Virus record (IMG/VR): IMGVR_UViG_3300033233_000014
Coordinates: 1-64,000 of that record
Reading direction: 5' to 3' (one strand)
DNA length: 64,000 bases
Source of the DNA: a virus
In this document: positions 8,977 to 17,568 of the stretch, piece after piece
Layout of the letters: every line of letters begins with the position of its first letter
Numbering within the stretch: the stretch's first letter is position 1
Made by a program: the position numbers and the translations under genes
Notes under the pieces: model-generated
Told to the model about the DNA's origin: nothing
Databases searched by the model: none
What the model saw: the letters and a program-made list of their open reading frames with translations, nothing else

Positions 8977-10065
8977 TTAGTTCCCCGCTGGCAACGGCGG
9001 ACACGCCGGCGCCTGGGGCACCGGCGGGCACGACGGCTCCGAAGGCAACACAGGCGGCGTCTCCGGGTTCGGCGGTGTGGCCGGCGAGCCGCCGCCGCCG
9101 AGGCTGATCGAGGATGCGGCCACGGAGAAGAGGCCGCCCGCCACCAAGGCGAGTTGCGCCGCGGCGTTGAAGTCCACGGCGCCGGCCACGATGGTCTTGT
9201 GGTTCCCCAGCACGATGGTCGTGAGATCGCCGATGATCGTATGGGTGAGGTTCGCCTGGTTGACCCGCGATTCCTCCCCTGTCACGAACGTCTTCCGTTG
9301 CCCCTGGATGGAGCGCTGCTCCTCCCCATCCACGACGAGACGGCGCGCCTGCTTGATGTGCTCGGTGGCGTCCCCGTCAACGCCGACGTGCCGGCTCCCG
9401 ACAACATGCACGCGATCATCCTGCTCGACGAGGCGGTACGCCTTCCCGTTCACGCGCACCGAGAGCCCGTCCTGATCCAGCTCGAGCCACGAGCCGATGT
9501 TCTGCCCGAGGTAGATCTGCACACGCGGCCGTCCCGGCGTGTCGTCCACCTCGACGGTGATGCCGTTGTTCTTGGTCTTGAGCACCTGGTTGTGCGGGTA
9601 CTGCGGACCGCCGTGAACGAGCAGCGGCGAAGCCGGCTGACACTGGCTCGCGCCGGCCGCGTCCACGAAGCCGTCCTCGCCCTTCGGCGCGCCGACGCTC
9701 GGATCATCCTTGTAGCACGTCCGCCCCTCGGATCGGGTGAGCGCCGGCGGCTCGGGCGAGGCATTCTTGGGATGCGCCCACCATGTCCCGGTGACGAGCG
9801 GGCGGTTCACGTCGCCGGACTCGAACTCCACGAAGACCGCCGTGCCAACCGGCAGGCCCTGGAAGTGGCCCGTCTCCGGGAGCCCGCCGTAGGACGGGCC
9901 CGTGGACGCCCAGTCGGTGGTCATGTCGCGCCCGAGGACTTCGGGCAGGCGCACCTTCACGCGCCCCAGGCGGCGCGGATCATCATTGTCGGCCACGATG
10001 CCGCGGTACCGCCCCCACCACCGCTTCGGGGCATAGGGGCCAGTCTGGGGGCCGGACTCAGACAT
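8977..10065 (-). CDS. Baseplate spike (gpV/gp5/VgrG-like)
   Basis: YRGIVADNDDPRRLGRVKVRLP, P.VG..VFVEFESGD..RP; C-terminal beta-helix repeats. Confidence 0.9.
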   Translation of the reverse strand: MSESGPQTGPYAPKRWWGRYRGIVADNDDPRRLGRVKVRLPEVLGRDMTTDWASTGPSYGGLPETGHFQGLPVGTAVFVEFESGDVNRPLVTGTWWAHPKNASPEPPALTRSEGRTCYKDDPSVGAPKGEDGFVDAAGASQCQPASPLLVHGGPQYPHNQVLKTKNNGITVEVDDTPGRPRVQIYLGQNIGSWLELDQDGLSVRVNGKAYRLVEQDDRVHVVGSRHVGVDGDATEHIKQARRLVVDGEEQRSIQGQRKTFVTGEESRVNQANLTHTIIGDLTTIVLGNHKTIVAGAVDFNAAAQLALVAGGLFSVAASSISLGGGGSPATPPNPETPPVLPSEPSCPPVPQAPACPPLPAGN

Positions 10066-10444
10066 TCTGGCCCCCCTTCGCCGGTGGCTCGTGCGGCTCC
10101 TCGCGATGGTAGGCCCGGATGAACACGGTGAACGGCAGACGCCCCAGGAACCGTGCCACAGCCTCGTGCCAGAGGTTTGATGCCCGGTGGACGGCCATGC
10201 CCCACACCAGAGGCTCCGCGAGCCCCAGGGAGGGCACAGCGCCGCTCAGGTGCAGCGCGTAGGCGGCCCCGATGCCCAGCCAGACGCTGACGCAGTATCC
10301 GCAGCCCACGAAGTAGCCCACAAGTGATTCCTCACCAAACACCTTCCGAACAAAGGCGCGGGGGCGCTCGGTGAGAACGCTCGCCACCAGGATCTCGGTG
10401 ACGGCCTCGGTGAGCACGACGGCCAGGAGGAACGTCGCGATCAC
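10058..10444 (-). CDS. Membrane protein, DUF1360-like
   Basis: Hydrophobic segments with CGYCVSVW motif. Confidence 0.55.
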   Translation of the reverse strand: MIATFLLAVVLTEAVTEILVASVLTERPRAFVRKVFGEESLVGYFVGCGYCVSVWLGIGAAYALHLSGAVPSLGLAEPLVWGMAVHRASNLWHEAVARFLGRLPFTVFIRAYHREEPHEPPAKGGQNV

Positions 10445-10725
10445 GCGCCATCTCCTTCCCCGCAGGCGGCGCACTTCTCGACCGAGTAGTAGCGGCGCAG
10501 GCGCTCGCTGTAGCGGCGCTCGACGATCACGCGCGCCCCGCACTTCCGGCAGACCTTCATGCTCACGTCCCGGAGTTGGTGGCTCGATCCCTCCGTCGTC
10601 GGCGCGGCCGGCGGAGCCATCCGCTGCGCCACACGCGGCACCGGCGGCGGTGGAATCGACGGCGGCACGGGCGTCGCCCCCGAGGACGGCTTCAGGATCT
10701 TCCGCCACTTGCCACAGCAGCCCAC
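10441..10725 (-). CDS. Small Cys-rich protein
   Basis: MGCCGK start; CRKC...CAAC. Confidence 0.55.
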   Translation of the reverse strand: MGCCGKWRKILKPSSGATPVPPSIPPPPVPRVAQRMAPPAAPTTEGSSHQLRDVSMKVCRKCGARVIVERRYSERLRRYYSVEKCAACGEGDGA

Positions 10726-10726
10726 G

Positions 10727-12016
10727 CTACACCGCCACCACGCCGGCGCTCACCGGCACTGTCGCCACCGGCGCCCCGTTCTCGTCCCGTCCCTCCGGAT
10801 CCAGGGTACCCGCGCGAATCACTTCGAAGCGCGTGTGGTACACGAAGGCATTCTCACCTGAGATTTCATGCATGACCCGCGTGACGACGTACTTCCCGCT
10901 CGACCGCCCGATGTTGTTCAGCGTGATGATCTGCTGGGGTCGAAGCGTCTCGAGCCCGATGGACGCACCCGACCCCGAGATCACATAGCGCGATGCCTCA
11001 GCCATGCGATCCACCTGACGCTGCAACTCGGGCCGCCGCTGCTCATGCCCGAGGTTCGTCATGAACCGATCCGGCCGTCCCTCGCCCGGGATTGTCACCA
11101 TGTCCGCCCAGTTCGAGAATCCCGTCTCCCGCTGCCACGGATCGGGTGTCTCGCCGCTGGCGACGGTGAACTCCTCTTTCGTGATGGGATCGATCTGGCT
11201 CATCTGCAGGCGCGTTCCGCGCAGCAGCGTACGGGACTGCACCATGACCTCGATGGCGTTGGTCCTCCCGGCCGTTGGATCAAAGACGGTGAGGCGGATG
11301 CCGCTGTCGCACGGCCGCGGCCGATGGAACTTGAGCACGCCGTCCTCGACCATCGTGAGGAAGCCGTGGAGCAGCGCCCGTCGAGCGAGGAAATGGTGGT
11401 CGCTCTCGTTGGCCTGAATCACTTGGTCGTGAACCAGATCGGTCCGATCAACGTCCGCTTCAAAGCCGTGGCGCGCCGCGATCTGCCGGGCGATATCGGA
11501 GTCCCGCACCTTGCGGTAGACCTGGCGCCGCTCCCCCGCCGCCAGCTTCACCTGCTCGCCGTAGGCCACAATCTCGACTTCGACGCGCCCGCGCGCCGAG
11601 AAGCGAAATTTTGGCCGCTGCACGATGAAGGTGCCGTGTGATTCCAGTCCGGGGTTGTTCCACCCGATCAGGGCGCGGAACGCCGTCTGCTCCCGGCTGA
11701 GAAGCGACGAACTGAGTTGCTGGTTCACATTCGCCAACCGCACCCTGCAGACGGACAGATCGAAGCCCGACGTCTCCTCGATGGTGAGCGCAACAACGAT
11801 CCCGTCGCTCGGCCGAAGACCGAGAATGTTGAAGTCCGGCGCCGTCCGGACTGGCCCGTTATCCGCGAACGCGCCCGGCGGCGGCGTGACGCGCCCGGTG
11901 AAGTTAAGACTGCCGGTGACGCCGACACCGCACAGTCGGCCCGATGGTTCAAGCGAGATGATCGGCGACCCGATCCCCGATCCTCCGAGCGGATGGCATG
12001 GCGCGCCGCGACCCAC
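10727..12016 (-). CDS. Baseplate hub (late control gpD-like)
   Basis: DSDIARQIAARHG, QANESDHHFLARRA, SGKYVVTRVMH. Confidence 0.85.
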   Translation of the reverse strand: MGRGAPCHPLGGSGIGSPIISLEPSGRLCGVGVTGSLNFTGRVTPPPGAFADNGPVRTAPDFNILGLRPSDGIVVALTIEETSGFDLSVCRVRLANVNQQLSSSLLSREQTAFRALIGWNNPGLESHGTFIVQRPKFRFSARGRVEVEIVAYGEQVKLAAGERRQVYRKVRDSDIARQIAARHGFEADVDRTDLVHDQVIQANESDHHFLARRALLHGFLTMVEDGVLKFHRPRPCDSGIRLTVFDPTAGRTNAIEVMVQSRTLLRGTRLQMSQIDPITKEEFTVASGETPDPWQRETGFSNWADMVTIPGEGRPDRFMTNLGHEQRRPELQRQVDRMAEASRYVISGSGASIGLETLRPQQIITLNNIGRSSGKYVVTRVMHEISGENAFVYHTRFEVIRAGTLDPEGRDENGAPVATVPVSAGVVAV

Positions 12017-12333
12017 TACGTTCCTCCGAATTCAGATCGTTCGCGTAGTTCCCGAACCGGCACGACCAGTTCAGTGCCTCCGGGGAGGTCGAGCGGAAAC
12101 AGGACGTTGTTCACGTCGCCGAGCACCCACCAGAGCCGCGACTTGCCGGCCACCCGGTGCGCCAACGCGTCGAGCTGGTCGCCGGCCTGAAGAGCGTGAA
12201 CGATCGTTGGACCAGGCAATTCCTCCAGCCGCAGCGGCTCCCGCGGGTGCAGGAAGCGCCGGACCTTCCCATCCTTCCCGAGGATGCCGGTGAACCGGAC
12301 CCCTGCGTAGCGGCTTCCTTTGAAAACAGGCAT
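12016..12333 (-). CDS. LysM / tail-X-like baseplate protein
   Basis: SRY...GDQLDALAHR...LWW...N...P.DLPGG..LVVP. Confidence 0.8.
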   Translation of the reverse strand: MPVFKGSRYAGVRFTGILGKDGKVRRFLHPREPLRLEELPGPTIVHALQAGDQLDALAHRVAGKSRLWWVLGDVNNVLFPLDLPGGTELVVPVRELRERSEFGGT

Positions 12334-12343
12334 GCGCTTTCCT

Positions 12344-12949
12344 CTAACGTGCCGGGAGCGGAACGAGCCGCCCTTGCGCCAACGCTCGCTTTTGTTGCGT
12401 CGAAAGAGAGCCGCTCAGCTCCGCACGTTCTGGATCGGTTGTCGTACGATATTCTCGCAACGTGACGGTGATGATGGCCCGCACCGCCCGCGATGGGTTG
12501 CCTGCGATATGCGTCCGCTTGATCGACGCGCTTTCGATGATCGCCTGGCTCGGCGTGTTATTGCCGACGTTCCAGCCGGGAATGACCACGCGGGGGTAGT
12601 CGAACTTCGCTCGCTCGCCACCGAGAATCGGGGGCGGATACAGAGCACGTCCTGGAAGCGTGGTATCCGGGCGCATCATGGCGCAGATCATCGCCCAGAC
12701 CACTTCGGGATCCGACTGATCGATAGCATTTTTGACGGGGACGTCCTCTTGGCCGAAGCGTTCCGACTGCGGCACGCCCATCGCGTTCACGACGAAGGAG
12801 AGGGTGACCTCGCGGGGATTCCAACGCTGGAAAAGTAGCGGTGTAACAACGGCGAAAAGCGGGACGGCCTTCCACTCCGATGATTGCTTCTCATCGAAGT
12901 TTTCCGGCTGGTACTTCCCAACGATCGGCCCGATGGACCAGTTCGGCAT
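12344..12949 (-). CDS. Putative tail-tube initiator
   Basis: Position after the tape measure; YQPE...RA.I.VTLREY. Confidence 0.55.
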   Translation of the reverse strand: MPNWSIGPIVGKYQPENFDEKQSSEWKAVPLFAVVTPLLFQRWNPREVTLSFVVNAMGVPQSERFGQEDVPVKNAIDQSDPEVVWAMICAMMRPDTTLPGRALYPPPILGGERAKFDYPRVVIPGWNVGNNTPSQAIIESASIKRTHIAGNPSRAVRAIITVTLREYRTTTDPERAELSGSLSTQQKRALAQGRLVPLPAR

Positions 12950-12952
12950 GGC

Positions 12953-15079
12953 TTAACCTCCCGTCGCCCGCATCGTCTCGATCGGCGCTCCCATGTACCG
13001 CTCCCGCCCAAGATCGAGATCGTACTCGGCGATGGACCGCGCCAGGACGTGGCCGTCAATTTCAACGGTGACCGGCACAACGACTCGCACCGATCCCCCG
13101 GCCGGTCCTTCTCCCGCCCCAGCCGCCCCAAGCGCGGGAGATGGAGATCCCATCTCCCGGCCCGGCCCGCTGCCCGCCGGGCCGCCGAATGCCTGCTTTC
13201 CCAGCAGCATCGGCGAGATCGCCCCGAGCATCCGCTCGGTCGCCGTGATCACGTTCAGAGGATCGGGGATGCGCCCGTCGACGCCCGCCGGACGCGCCGC
13301 TTCGATGCCCACCCGGCCTGGCGTCTGCCCGATCGCCTCGAAAGACTGCCCCAACTGGTTCATTCCAGGCATGACATCGGCCACGCCCTCCTTCAAGTGG
13401 AGGAACGACGACCCGAAGAGGGATCTCTTGAGATCCACGGCCTTCTCAATCCAGAACCCGAATCCTTTCGACACGACGTCCGTGAAGCGGTTCCACGTCC
13501 CGATCGAGTCCTCGGACGCATCCCCCAAGGCTCCCATTGCGTCCATGATGTAATACACCGCGCCCGCCGCGAGCGCGGCGACGGCGATGAACGGCAGGAT
13601 TACCGCCACGGCCCCGCCGATTGTGGCTCCAAAGCCAGCGACCGCCGGCGCGGCCGTGGTGGCGGCCACTCCCATGCCCCCGATGCCGACACTCGCCGCC
13701 CCAGCAGCAACGCCGACTTCCGCAATCACAGGGGTGGCGATGATGCCGGCAGCCATCAGTTCGCCGACGGTTGACGCGGCGGCTGCCCCAGAGGTTGCCA
13801 GTCCACCCGCAGCCGCAGCGGCACCCCCGAGCGCCGGCAGGAGGCCCACAAAACGCAAAAGTCCGATCCCCGTTTTGAGCACCCCGAGAAGCCCGATGTA
13901 GGCGCCGGTGAGTCCGATGACCGTCGCCCCGACGCCGCGCGTTTCCGGCGACAGCGAACCGATCAACTTGACAACATCCGAAAGGACGCCGACGAGGGCG
14001 GTGAGCGCCGGCACGAGTTCGCCTCCCGTGGATCCCGCCAGTGCTCGCGTATTCTCCCACAGAAGTCGCAGCGCCCCGCCGAGCGTCTTCCCGCTCCTCT
14101 CCATCTCATCCGCCAGTTCATCTCCGCTCACCGCCGCGATTCCGAAGACCTCATTCATGCGATCTGTTTCATGCACCATTCGAGCAATGGCGAACGCGTC
14201 GGCCGTCTCGATATGGAAAAGGTCTTCAAGCATGAAGCGCAGCTTCTCTGGCGCGGTGTTCTTCATGATCCGGAACAGATCCCGGAACCGTTCGTTGCTG
14301 TCCTTGAGTTTGGCGAACCGATCAATCTGCTCGCTCGTCGCCCCCAAGCTGCCCGCCAGCGCATCCGTGTATCCCGGAGCAAGGCTCGTAAGATTCAGCA
14401 ACTCGCCCACCGCGCTATGCGCCGCACCAGCAGAGACGCCGAAGTTCTGCATCGCGGTGTTCGCCCCGAGCAGCGCGGATTCGTTCATCTGGAGGTGGGC
14501 CGCCGTCGAGCCGAGCGTCTTGAGCAGTTGCACATTGCTGTCGAAAGATCCCGTGAAGTTGCGCTCGAGCATGGTCAGGCTCGATGCCAACCGACGCACC
14601 TCCGGCTCCGTCTGCAACCCCATCGTTCCCGCAATATCGGCCAGCGCCTCGCCCGCCTTCTGCGAGCCGATCTCGAGGACGAATCCCATCTCAAAGGCGA
14701 CGTCGGTCACCGCCTTGAGCTGATCCCCCGCCACCCCGAAGCGGGCGAACTTGGCCGCCACCGGCAGGAGGCCCGTCGCCGATCGCCCGGCATCCTGGAA
14801 GTTCTTCGCCAGGCCCATCGCGGAGACCCCAATCCGATCAAGGGCAAGCCGCGATCTGAGTGCTGCCGTCTCGACCGCGCCGCCCATAAGCCCCAACGTT
14901 GTCGCGGTCCCGACCAGCGTGCTCCCGAGTCCGAGGAAGGCCGTGTTAAGCCCCCTGGTCCCCAGCGCCATCTTGCCCGCGCCCAGCATCAGCCGCCCAA
15001 GCGACTTGGTGAACACGCCCACGTTCCGCACGGCGTCCTTGGTCTCGGCGGCGAATTTGAGGGCGAGGTATTGGGCCAT
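12953..15079 (-). CDS. Tape measure protein (708 aa)
   Basis: Ala/Gly-rich helical protein with hydrophobic stretches, following the chaperones. Confidence 0.85.
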   Translation of the reverse strand: MAQYLALKFAAETKDAVRNVGVFTKSLGRLMLGAGKMALGTRGLNTAFLGLGSTLVGTATTLGLMGGAVETAALRSRLALDRIGVSAMGLAKNFQDAGRSATGLLPVAAKFARFGVAGDQLKAVTDVAFEMGFVLEIGSQKAGEALADIAGTMGLQTEPEVRRLASSLTMLERNFTGSFDSNVQLLKTLGSTAAHLQMNESALLGANTAMQNFGVSAGAAHSAVGELLNLTSLAPGYTDALAGSLGATSEQIDRFAKLKDSNERFRDLFRIMKNTAPEKLRFMLEDLFHIETADAFAIARMVHETDRMNEVFGIAAVSGDELADEMERSGKTLGGALRLLWENTRALAGSTGGELVPALTALVGVLSDVVKLIGSLSPETRGVGATVIGLTGAYIGLLGVLKTGIGLLRFVGLLPALGGAAAAAGGLATSGAAAASTVGELMAAGIIATPVIAEVGVAAGAASVGIGGMGVAATTAAPAVAGFGATIGGAVAVILPFIAVAALAAGAVYYIMDAMGALGDASEDSIGTWNRFTDVVSKGFGFWIEKAVDLKRSLFGSSFLHLKEGVADVMPGMNQLGQSFEAIGQTPGRVGIEAARPAGVDGRIPDPLNVITATERMLGAISPMLLGKQAFGGPAGSGPGREMGSPSPALGAAGAGEGPAGGSVRVVVPVTVEIDGHVLARSIAEYDLDLGRERYMGAPIETMRATGG

Positions 15080-15082
15080 GTG

Positions 15083-15274
15083 CTACTTGCGCGGGTTCTT
15101 CATCCGCTCTTCAAACGCCTCGTTGTGCTCGATGCACCGTTGCACCCACCAGAGCCGTTCCACGTCGCTCATCCCCATGAGCGTCTCGTAGCCGATGCCT
15201 CCTTCGGTGGTCATGATGATGTACCAGATCTGCTTCTTCAGATCTTCTTCGCCCTCGGCTGCGGAAACAAAAAA
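15083..15274 (-). CDS. Tail assembly chaperone -1 frameshift extension (gpGT-like)
   Basis: T TTT TTG at 15274-15268; -1 frame open to TAG at 15083 (…DLKKQIWYII…RLWWVQRC…). Confidence 0.7.
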   Translation of the reverse strand, partial: FFVSAAEGEEDLKKQIWYIIMTTEGGIGYETLMGMSDVERLWWVQRCIEHNEAFEERMKNPRK

Positions 15275-16089
15275 TCCGAGGACTCGAAGGTGAACTCGAT
15301 GTCGGCCCCACAGCCCGGCGTCGGGCAGGTCACCTTCTGCTCGAATACCGGCCCCGGCTTGTGCGCCACGAACAGCCGCGCGAACTCATCCAGCTCACGC
15401 GTCGGCAGCCGCTCGAAGAAGTGATGGTCGAAAGGGCCCTTCTGCCCGTTGTGCTCGATCAGGCAAGCCGCCTGCAGCCGGTACTGCGCCTCAACTGGAT
15501 TCTGCTCAACGAACGGCATCACGAGTGGCTGGTCCTCCCCGATCGGGAATCGGCAGAGCGCGCTGATGACCGGATCGCGGCTCTCGATCCGGAAGCAGAG
15601 CTGGTCATCGTGGATCTCGAAGTCGTCCTGCTCGAGCCGGATGACCTCGATCTCGTCGAACTTGAAGGTCACCTGGATCTTCTTCTTGCAGCCCACGCAC
15701 GTCGGGATCGCGCGCAACTCATCACCCATCGACGCCCGCCGGATCTCCATGAGCGCAAAGTCGCGATCCCCCAGCGTCATCCGATTGATCGCCTTCGCGC
15801 TCTCCATCCGGAACGGCCCGACGCGCCGAAGGCATTGCCGCAGGACGATGTCGGACACCTTCTGGAAGTCCTCACGCACCCCCTTGCGCGCGATGGACAT
15901 GCGCGTGTGGCCGCCCATCGTGACGATCTCGGCGTCCCGATAGATCCTGCCGTCCTTCACCACGCCGCACGGCAGCGAGACGACGATGCCGCCAGGTTCG
16001 GTTACCCCTTCCGGGGCCGACACCACCGACGGCGCCGTGGGCGACTGGGCAGACTCCGTGGACGTCTTGGCGAGCGTTTCCTCGGGCAT
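15238..16089 (-). CDS. Tail assembly chaperone (gpG-like)
   Basis: Between tube and tape measure; LGDRDFALMEIRR; two Cys pairs (CVGC, CPTPGC). Confidence 0.75.
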   Translation of the reverse strand: MPEETLAKTSTESAQSPTAPSVVSAPEGVTEPGGIVVSLPCGVVKDGRIYRDAEIVTMGGHTRMSIARKGVREDFQKVSDIVLRQCLRRVGPFRMESAKAINRMTLGDRDFALMEIRRASMGDELRAIPTCVGCKKKIQVTFKFDEIEVIRLEQDDFEIHDDQLCFRIESRDPVISALCRFPIGEDQPLVMPFVEQNPVEAQYRLQAACLIEHNGQKGPFDHHFFERLPTRELDEFARLFVAHKPGPVFEQKVTCPTPGCGADIEFTFESSDFLFPQPRAKKI

Positions 16090-16171
16090 GGATCACTCCT
16101 CGGCCACAGGCCGCGTGCTACACGTTTCTCACGGCACGGCGACCGCTCAGGCCGCCGGCCTGTTCGCTGGA

Positions 16172-16669
16172 CTAGCCGGCCACCGGCGCCCGGTTCGGCA
16201 GCGCCACCCCGCCCCGCTGGAAGATCGACGTGAACGGACGGCCCTCGTGCTTGAGTTCCAGCGTCTCGATGTTCACCTCGGACGCCCCGCCCTCAAGATC
16301 GGCAAGCTGCAGCCCGTTCGGCCACGCCTGCTCGAAGACCACCTCACGCGCCGCCACTCCGTCGCAGTTGTGGACCGTGACCGTGGCGATCGACCGGAAG
16401 CCCGGCCGGCACGCGATGGCGTCCTCCCGCCACTCGGAGAGCCGCGTCGCGTCCACCATCAGGCCGCGCTCGAACGTCACCGCCGGGAACGTCCGCAGCC
16501 CGGGGATCTGCCGCTTCACGGGCGGGTCGGTCCCCTCCCGGTACTCGATGGACTCGCTCTCGTCCCGCAGGCCGGTCACCTTGGAGAAGCCGGCCGAGAT
16601 GTCCCGGCCCGTGACTCGGATGTGGAACCGGAAGTTGGTCGCCGGGTCGTGGACGCGCGTCTCCGCCAT
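16172..16669 (-). CDS. Tail tube protein (T4 gp19-like)
   Basis: DP..NFRF, GFSKVTGL, IEYREG, VTFERG, AWP, IETLELKHEG. Confidence 0.92.
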   Translation of the reverse strand: MAETRVHDPATNFRFHIRVTGRDISAGFSKVTGLRDESESIEYREGTDPPVKRQIPGLRTFPAVTFERGLMVDATRLSEWREDAIACRPGFRSIATVTVHNCDGVAAREVVFEQAWPNGLQLADLEGGASEVNIETLELKHEGRPFTSIFQRGGVALPNRAPVAG

Positions 16670-16710
16670 CGGTCACCTCTCTGGGGGCCTGGCCCCCGCA
16701 ACATTATACG

Positions 16711-17532
16711 TCACGAGATCCATGGCGCCTTCGTCGAATCCACCTGCACATCCATGCTGTCGAAGGCCACGCTCAGCGATTCGATGGCGATCTCCGCCGA
16801 CGACGCATCGAGATCGGCGATCTGGTAGGCCACCGGCCAGCACTTCGTCAGATGGATCGCCCGAATCACCGTCGCCCGCTGGGATCTCTGGGCTCGCGCT
16901 GCCGCTGCCGCTGCCACCCCACCCGCCACACCGAAGATGTTGCCTGCCAACATGGATGCCGCGATCGACCCGCCGATCGCGGCATCCTGTGCCGCATCAT
17001 CCGGGTGGTACTCGCGCGAGCCAACCAGGATGGTGAGATCAGCGAACACCCCGAAATTATCCCCAACAGGCAAATGGAAATCTACCAGGGGTCCGTTATT
17101 TGAATTGTCCATACCGTCGATCAAGATTCTATGGATGGCGTCTTCCGGCGGAAGCGCAGATCGACTGGGGTTTTGTGGGCCGGGATCAGCCGGAGTCGTT
17201 CGACTAACTTGTGCTCTCGCCAGATCCCGCATCGCCAGGAACCAGTTAATGAAGTCAAGAGGGGTCGAGACGATCCCCTTCTCGAATGTGACAACCCCAC
17301 CCGCGAGCGTCCCAATCCCCTTGCGCACCTGCAGGGGATCTGTTCCATCCCGCCAAGACACCGTTTCGATTTCTTCGCGGATTCCCGTCACCTTCGAAAA
17401 CGCACCAAAGAATTCGCGTTTAGCCGCCAAAAATGGGGCATTGCCCCGGTACTTGCCGCGCACCGCGAAGATGTGCCGCTCCCCGAGCGGACTGCGGCTG
17501 GTCTTTAGCTGGATGACTTCTGCTTGTGCCAC
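16711..17532 (-). CDS. Second gp19-like tube protein with internal insertions
   Basis: FSKVTGI, VTFEKG, CWPVAY, IAIESL; ~100 aa longer than its paralogue. Confidence 0.8.
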   Translation of the reverse strand: MAQAEVIQLKTSRSPLGERHIFAVRGKYRGNAPFLAAKREFFGAFSKVTGIREEIETVSWRDGTDPLQVRKGIGTLAGGVVTFEKGIVSTPLDFINWFLAMRDLARAQVSRTTPADPGPQNPSRSALPPEDAIHRILIDGMDNSNNGPLVDFHLPVGDNFGVFADLTILVGSREYHPDDAAQDAAIGGSIAASMLAGNIFGVAGGVAAAAAARAQRSQRATVIRAIHLTKCWPVAYQIADLDASSAEIAIESLSVAFDSMDVQVDSTKAPWIS

Positions 17533-17568
17533 GCCGGGTTCACCTCTCGGCGCTCAGGGATCGAACGC

